Source: Candidatus Brocadiia bacterium (lineage in GTDB: Bacteria > Planctomycetota > Brocadiia > CAIUPP01). Taken from it: a DNA stretch of 20,122 nucleotides. A program made the position numbers and the translations under genes. The DNA is taken from NCBI GenBank assembly GCA_050015075.1, contig JBEKCB010000050.1, positions 1-20,122 on the forward strand, in the 5' to 3' direction. Shown in pieces: positions 16,323 to 20,122 of this stretch (the stretch's first letter is position 1; each line of letters begins with the position of its first letter). Below the pieces are notes generated by a model. It did not search any database, had not been told where the DNA came from, and saw only the letters and a program-made list of their open reading frames with translations.

Positions 16323-16351
16323 TTGACATAAGCGGCTCGTGAAGTCAGAAT
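16323..16351 (+). promoter_or_regulatory. sigma70-like promoter for the porin-paaK-ACT unit
   Basis: TTGACA (16323-16328), 17-nt spacer, CAGAAT (16346-16351), with an A-tract upstream. Confidence 0.65.
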
Positions 16352-16434
16352 TTCAGCGCTCTTGCTCTCGCTCGGCGTGTGGCTGAGGGAGAGACGGAAT
16401 TCCGCCGGAGGGTCATTTCGAGGAGGACGAAAGG

Positions 16435-18015
16435 GTGAATTGGAAATCGCTGGTCGCCGCATGCTGGATCGGAGCCGGTCTTGCAGGCGCGCCTCCGGCC
16501 TTCGGTGACGAAGCGCCGCAACCGGCGCCGAAGGCAACACCTCCGCCGGCGGTGCAGCAAGCCCCTCAACCGGCGCCGCTAGAAGCCCCTCCGCCGGAGC
16601 TGTCGCCCACGGACAAGTTCCTCAACAACATCAAGCACCCGATAGACTGGTTCACATGGGGCGCGGACCTGCGCGTGCGCGAGGAGTTCGAGAAGAACGA
16701 CCACAGCTTTGACAGCCACTTCGACGACGAGGTCAATCAATTCCGATTGCGCGGGAGAATCTGGGCCGACTTGGGCACTTTCTTCAGCGACCCGTCTCTC
16801 GGAATCCCCAACGGACTCGACCTGTACGTGCGTTTGACGGATGAGACGCGTTTCTACCTGAACCGCCCCACCAATCCGCCCTGGGGAGGACCGTTGGGCG
16901 AGCCTCCGTACCGCACGAACCCCGCGTTCAACGAGATCATCGTGGACAACCTGTACGCGAACTGGGATCGGCCCGCCGGGCTTCCGGTGTCCATCAGGGC
17001 CGGCCGCCAGGACCTTTGGTACGGGCGCGGTTTTGTGATGGGCGACGCCACGCCGCTCGACGGCTCGCGAAGCGTTTACAGCGATGCGGTCAAGCTTACC
17101 CTCCATGCTGATCCGATCAAGACCGACTTGGACCTGTTCGTGGTGGACAACAAAGCGAACGAGAACCGGTTCGGCCCCATCGTTCTCCAGAACGGGCAAG
17201 AAGAGTTCGTGAGCGCCTACGACACGAAGATGCTCGGCGCCTACATGATCAGCAAGTACTTCGCTCCCCTCGAGGCCGATCTGTATTATCTGTACAAGGA
17301 CGACTCGCTCGCCAACTACGACGTCATTCACCAGCTCTTCTTCGGACAGATTCCGAACGGCCGGACCATCCACACCGTCGGCGGCCTCGTCCAGGGAACG
17401 GCCGGCACCGGCTGGGATTACTACGGCGAAGCGGCTTGGCAATACGGGAGCGAGGACGCGATCGCGGGGTTCAACAGCGAGGAAACCCAACAGGGATACG
17501 GGATCAATTCCGACCTCGGCTACACGCTCAAAGAGTGTCCCATGACCCCGCGCCTGCACGGCGGGTACGAGGACCTCTCCGGCGACGACCCGCACTCGAA
17601 GACCTTCGGCGGATGGGACCCCGTCTTTGGCACATGGCCGCAGATCAGCGAAATCTGGGCTTATCGCTGGGAAGCTGAAGGAAAAGTCGTCGCCCAAACG
17701 CCTGCCGAATGGTCGAATCTTCAGGCGTTCTCCGTCGGCGGCAGCGCCAAGCCGATGCCGAAGATGACGGTCACGTTCGATTACAGCTTGATGCTCGCGA
17801 ACGAGAAGATGCTCGGCGTGGCCCCGACGGCGGTGGGCATCGGCTACGGCAAGGGCTATGTCCGCGGCAGCCTCGTCGTCGCGAAGCTGCTCTACGATTT
17901 CAACGCGCACGTCAGCGGGCACCTCTGGGCCGAATATTTCATCCCCGGCGACTATTACGCACCGCACGCGGCGGACGCCGTGTTCCTCCGCTGGGAGCTC
18001 ATGTTCAAGCTGTGA
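16435..18015 (+). CDS. Alginate-export (AlgE-like) outer-membrane beta-barrel protein
   Basis: GAGGAGG precedes GTG. Signal peptide ends in AFG-DE and is followed by a Pro-rich linker. Motifs [53 protein letters not shown], and a C-terminal amphipathic strand [10 protein letters not shown]. Confidence 0.8.
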   Translation: MNWKSLVAACWIGAGLAGAPPAFGDEAPQPAPKATPPPAVQQAPQPAPLEAPPPELSPTDKFLNNIKHPIDWFTWGADLRVREEFEKNDHSFDSHFDDEVNQFRLRGRIWADLGTFFSDPSLGIPNGLDLYVRLTDETRFYLNRPTNPPWGGPLGEPPYRTNPAFNEIIVDNLYANWDRPAGLPVSIRAGRQDLWYGRGFVMGDATPLDGSRSVYSDAVKLTLHADPIKTDLDLFVVDNKANENRFGPIVLQNGQEEFVSAYDTKMLGAYMISKYFAPLEADLYYLYKDDSLANYDVIHQLFFGQIPNGRTIHTVGGLVQGTAGTGWDYYGEAAWQYGSEDAIAGFNSEETQQGYGINSDLGYTLKECPMTPRLHGGYEDLSGDDPHSKTFGGWDPVFGTWPQISEIWAYRWEAEGKVVAQTPAEWSNLQAFSVGGSAKPMPKMTVTFDYSLMLANEKMLGVAPTAVGIGYGKGYVRGSLVVAKLLYDFNAHVSGHLWAEYFIPGDYYAPHAADAVFLRWELMFKL

Positions 18016-18076
18016 GGCGCAACCGGAGCGGATCGCGGGCATTGCGCGCGGTCTCGTGGAGGACAAGGAGAACGCG

Positions 18077-19405
18077 ATGAGTTCAGCGGTCTGCAAACCG
18101 GGCGGCTTTCATCCGGCCAGCGCTTTGGATTATCTCCCGCCGCCGCAACTGCGCGACCTGCAGTTGCGGCGGCTCCAGAGCATCGTCCGGCGCGCGTACG
18201 ACGGAGTCGAACTCTATCGCCGGCGGATGGACGAGCGCGGAGTCGGACCGGACGGCCTGAAGTCGCTGGAGGACATCGGCCGGCTCCCGTTCACGGAGAA
18301 GAGCGACCTGCGCGACACGTATCCGTTCGGCCTGTTCGCCAGCCCGATGGAGGAAGTTGTCCGCCTGCACGCCTCGAGCGGGACGACGGGCAAGCCGATC
18401 GTCGTCGCCTACACGCAGGATGACGTGGATGTCTGGTCGAGCGTGATGGTGCGCAGCTTCGCAGCCTGCGGGCTGCACTCCGCCGACATCATCCAGAACG
18501 CATACGGCTACGGCCTGTTCACCGGCGGCCTCGGCGCGCATTACGGCGCCGAGGCGCTCGGCGCGGCGGTCATCCCGATCTCCGGCGGCAACACCGACCG
18601 GCAGATCATGATCATGAAGGACTTCAAGGTCACCGCCATCTGCTGCACCCCCAGTTACTTCATCCACCTGATCGAACGGGCCGGCGAACTGGGGGTGGAC
18701 ATCAAAGCCCTGCCGTTGCGCGCCGGCGTTTTCGGCGCCGAGCCGTGGACCGAGGCGATGCGGCGGCACATCGAAGCGCACAGCAGCATCAAGGCGTATG
18801 ATATCTACGGCCTTTCGGAGATCATCGGCCCGGGCGTGGCCGTCGAGTGCGCGCACCAGGCCGGGCTGCACATTTTCGAGGACCATTTCTACCCGGAGAT
18901 CGTGGACCCGAAGACCGGCGCCCCGCTGCCCGACGGCGCCGAGGGCGAGCTGGTGTTCACCACGCTGAGCAAGCGCGCCATGCCGATGATCCGCTACCGC
19001 ACGCACGACATCACGTCGTTCATCGCGGAGCCTTGCGCGTGCGGCCGCACGATCCGCCGCATGCACCGCATCGGCCGCCGCAGCGACGACATGTTCATCA
19101 TCCGCGGCATCAACGTCTTCCCCTCGCAGGTCGAAGCCGCCCTGCTCGCGGTCGAAGGCACGCTGCCGCACTACCAGATCATCCTCACGCGCGACAAAGG
19201 GCTCGACCAGATGGAAGTGCAGGTCGAGGTGACCCCCGAGGTCTTCAGCGATCGTATCCGCACGCTCGAAGCGCTCCAGGCCAGGCTCAGCCACGCCATC
19301 GAGAATACCCTGGGCCTCCGCGTGAAGGTGCACCTCGCCGAGCCGCACAGCCTCCAGCGCAGCGAGGGCAAGGCCAAGCGGGTGACGGATAAGCGCAACC
19401 TGTGA
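18077..19405 (+). CDS. paaK: Phenylacetate (arylacetate)-CoA ligase
   Basis: AAGGAG precedes ATG 18077. Motifs [77 protein letters not shown] and [11 protein letters not shown]. Confidence 0.95.
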   Translation: MSSAVCKPGGFHPASALDYLPPPQLRDLQLRRLQSIVRRAYDGVELYRRRMDERGVGPDGLKSLEDIGRLPFTEKSDLRDTYPFGLFASPMEEVVRLHASSGTTGKPIVVAYTQDDVDVWSSVMVRSFAACGLHSADIIQNAYGYGLFTGGLGAHYGAEALGAAVIPISGGNTDRQIMIMKDFKVTAICCTPSYFIHLIERAGELGVDIKALPLRAGVFGAEPWTEAMRRHIEAHSSIKAYDIYGLSEIIGPGVAVECAHQAGLHIFEDHFYPEIVDPKTGAPLPDGAEGELVFTTLSKRAMPMIRYRTHDITSFIAEPCACGRTIRRMHRIGRRSDDMFIIRGINVFPSQVEAALLAVEGTLPHYQIILTRDKGLDQMEVQVEVTPEVFSDRIRTLEALQARLSHAIENTLGLRVKVHLAEPHSLQRSEGKAKRVTDKRNL

Positions 19406-19421
19406 TGCGAAAGGACCGCCG

Positions 19422-19844
19422 ATGAAACTGACGCAGTTGTCCGTCTTCCTGGAGAACAAGCCCGGCCAGATCAGCCTGCCCTGCAGGGCGCTGGCCAAGG
19501 CGGACATCAATATCCTGACGCTCTCGCTGAGCGACACGCAGCAGTTCGGCATCCTGCGGCTGATCGTCCGCGACTGGCGCAAGGCCCGGACCGTCCTCGA
19601 ACAGGCCGGCTGCGTCGTCAACCTCACCGAGGTCGTCGCGCTGGAAGTGGCCGACCGCCCCGGCGGCTTGGCGGAGCTGCTCGAGTTGATCGAGCGCGAA
19701 GGGATCAACATCGAGTACATGTATGCCTTCACGTTCGGCCGCAATCAGAAGGCCGTGATGGTCTTCCGCTTCGACGATCCGTACAAGGCCCTCGAACTGC
19801 TGCGGCTGAACGACGTCAACGTCCTCGGAAGCGTTGACCTGTAG
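19422..19844 (+). CDS. Tandem ACT-domain protein (BT0572-like, commonly next to paaK)
   Basis: QLSVFLENKPG...INI...D...FGILRLIV and D.PGGLA.....GINIEYMYAF. AAGGA lies upstream, and the gene starts 16 nt after the paaK stop. Confidence 0.92.
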   Translation: MKLTQLSVFLENKPGQISLPCRALAKADINILTLSLSDTQQFGILRLIVRDWRKARTVLEQAGCVVNLTEVVALEVADRPGGLAELLELIEREGINIEYMYAFTFGRNQKAVMVFRFDDPYKALELLRLNDVNVLGSVDL

Positions 19845-19937
19845 CCTCGCCGCATTATGACAAGACAGCCCACGGCGGACAAGCCAGCCGTCGCTGCTGG
19901 AAGTGCGGCGTTCAGGAAATGAATTGCATGGTTTGTG

Positions 19938-20023
19938 GTCATTCCGAGCGGAGCGAGGAATCTCATACGCCGCGCGCCGGCAATGGTTCATGGTATGAGA
20001 TGCTTCGCTGCGCTCAGTTATGA
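19938..20023. repeat. REP-like long inverted repeat element
   Basis: GTCATTCCGAGCGGAGCGAGGAATCTCATAC (19938-19968) pairs imperfectly with GTATGAGATGCTTCGCTGCGCTCAGTTATGA (19993-20023). From recall it matches the GTCATTCTGAGCGAAGCGAAGAATCT-type intergenic repeat family. Confidence 0.75.
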
Positions 20024-20095
20024 TGAAGGCCGTTCCTCCTGCGAAGGAGTACAATCCTTCGCGGCAGAAACATTTCTCTGATAGGAGGAACGGCC

Positions 20096-20122
20096 ATGAG
20101 TCATCGTACTTGGAAGTTGGGG
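20096..20122 (+). CDS. 5' end of next gene (MSHRTWKLG...), truncated by the window edge
   Basis: AGGAGG (20083-20088) lies 7 nt before ATG 20096, and the frame is open to the end. Confidence 0.65.

Noticed and set aside
16510-16600. Repeated GCGCCGCAACCGGCGCCG / GCCCCTCAACCGGCGCCG
   Set aside because: It encodes the APQPAP repeats of a Pro-rich linker and is ordinary low-complexity coding sequence.
16435-18015. Porin plus lyases interpreted as an alginate biosynthesis/export locus
   Set aside because: No glycosyltransferase, epimerase or acetylation genes are present, and the porin is transcriptionally linked to paaK rather than to the lyases.
299-19744. Long antisense ORFs (299..1735, 2141..4033, 4113..5498, 10066..12837, 13194..15437, 15347..16342, 16579..18096, 18083..19744)
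   Set aside because: Each mirrors a real gene on the opposite strand, has no recognisable motifs, and is the expected stop-poor shadow frame in high-GC DNA.

Overview
GC-rich bacterial DNA, probably from a diderm (it encodes an outer-membrane beta-barrel). The gene mix resembles Planctomycetota/PVC-type environmental genomes, but that is inference only. There are 11 intact genes and two edge-truncated starts. In order: a secreted helical protein of unknown family, a 67K-type SppA, a DUF4962/heparinase II/III-type lyase homologue, a lower-GC 12-repeat NHL lipoprotein (- strand), a B12-binding radical SAM enzyme, a secreted HEAT-repeat/neutral-ceramidase-like fusion, a second DUF4962/heparinase-type protein, an Asp-box (BNR) sialidase-like protein (- strand), and a putative operon of an AlgE-like porin, phenylacetate-CoA ligase and a tandem-ACT protein. 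Several sigma70-like promoters and REP-like palindromes can be read directly. I saw no rRNA, tRNA, CRISPR array or transposase. The most unusual signals are three. (i) The HEAT-ceramidase fusion has an AGGAGG plus in-frame TTG exactly at its domain boundary, preceded by a perfect 20-bp palindrome, so it may make two products. (ii) The two lyase-like paralogues carry reciprocal substitutions in catalytic and metal-binding motifs. (iii) An AlgE-type porin is apparently co-transcribed with PaaK-ACT. All family assignments come from motifs recognised by eye, not from database searches.
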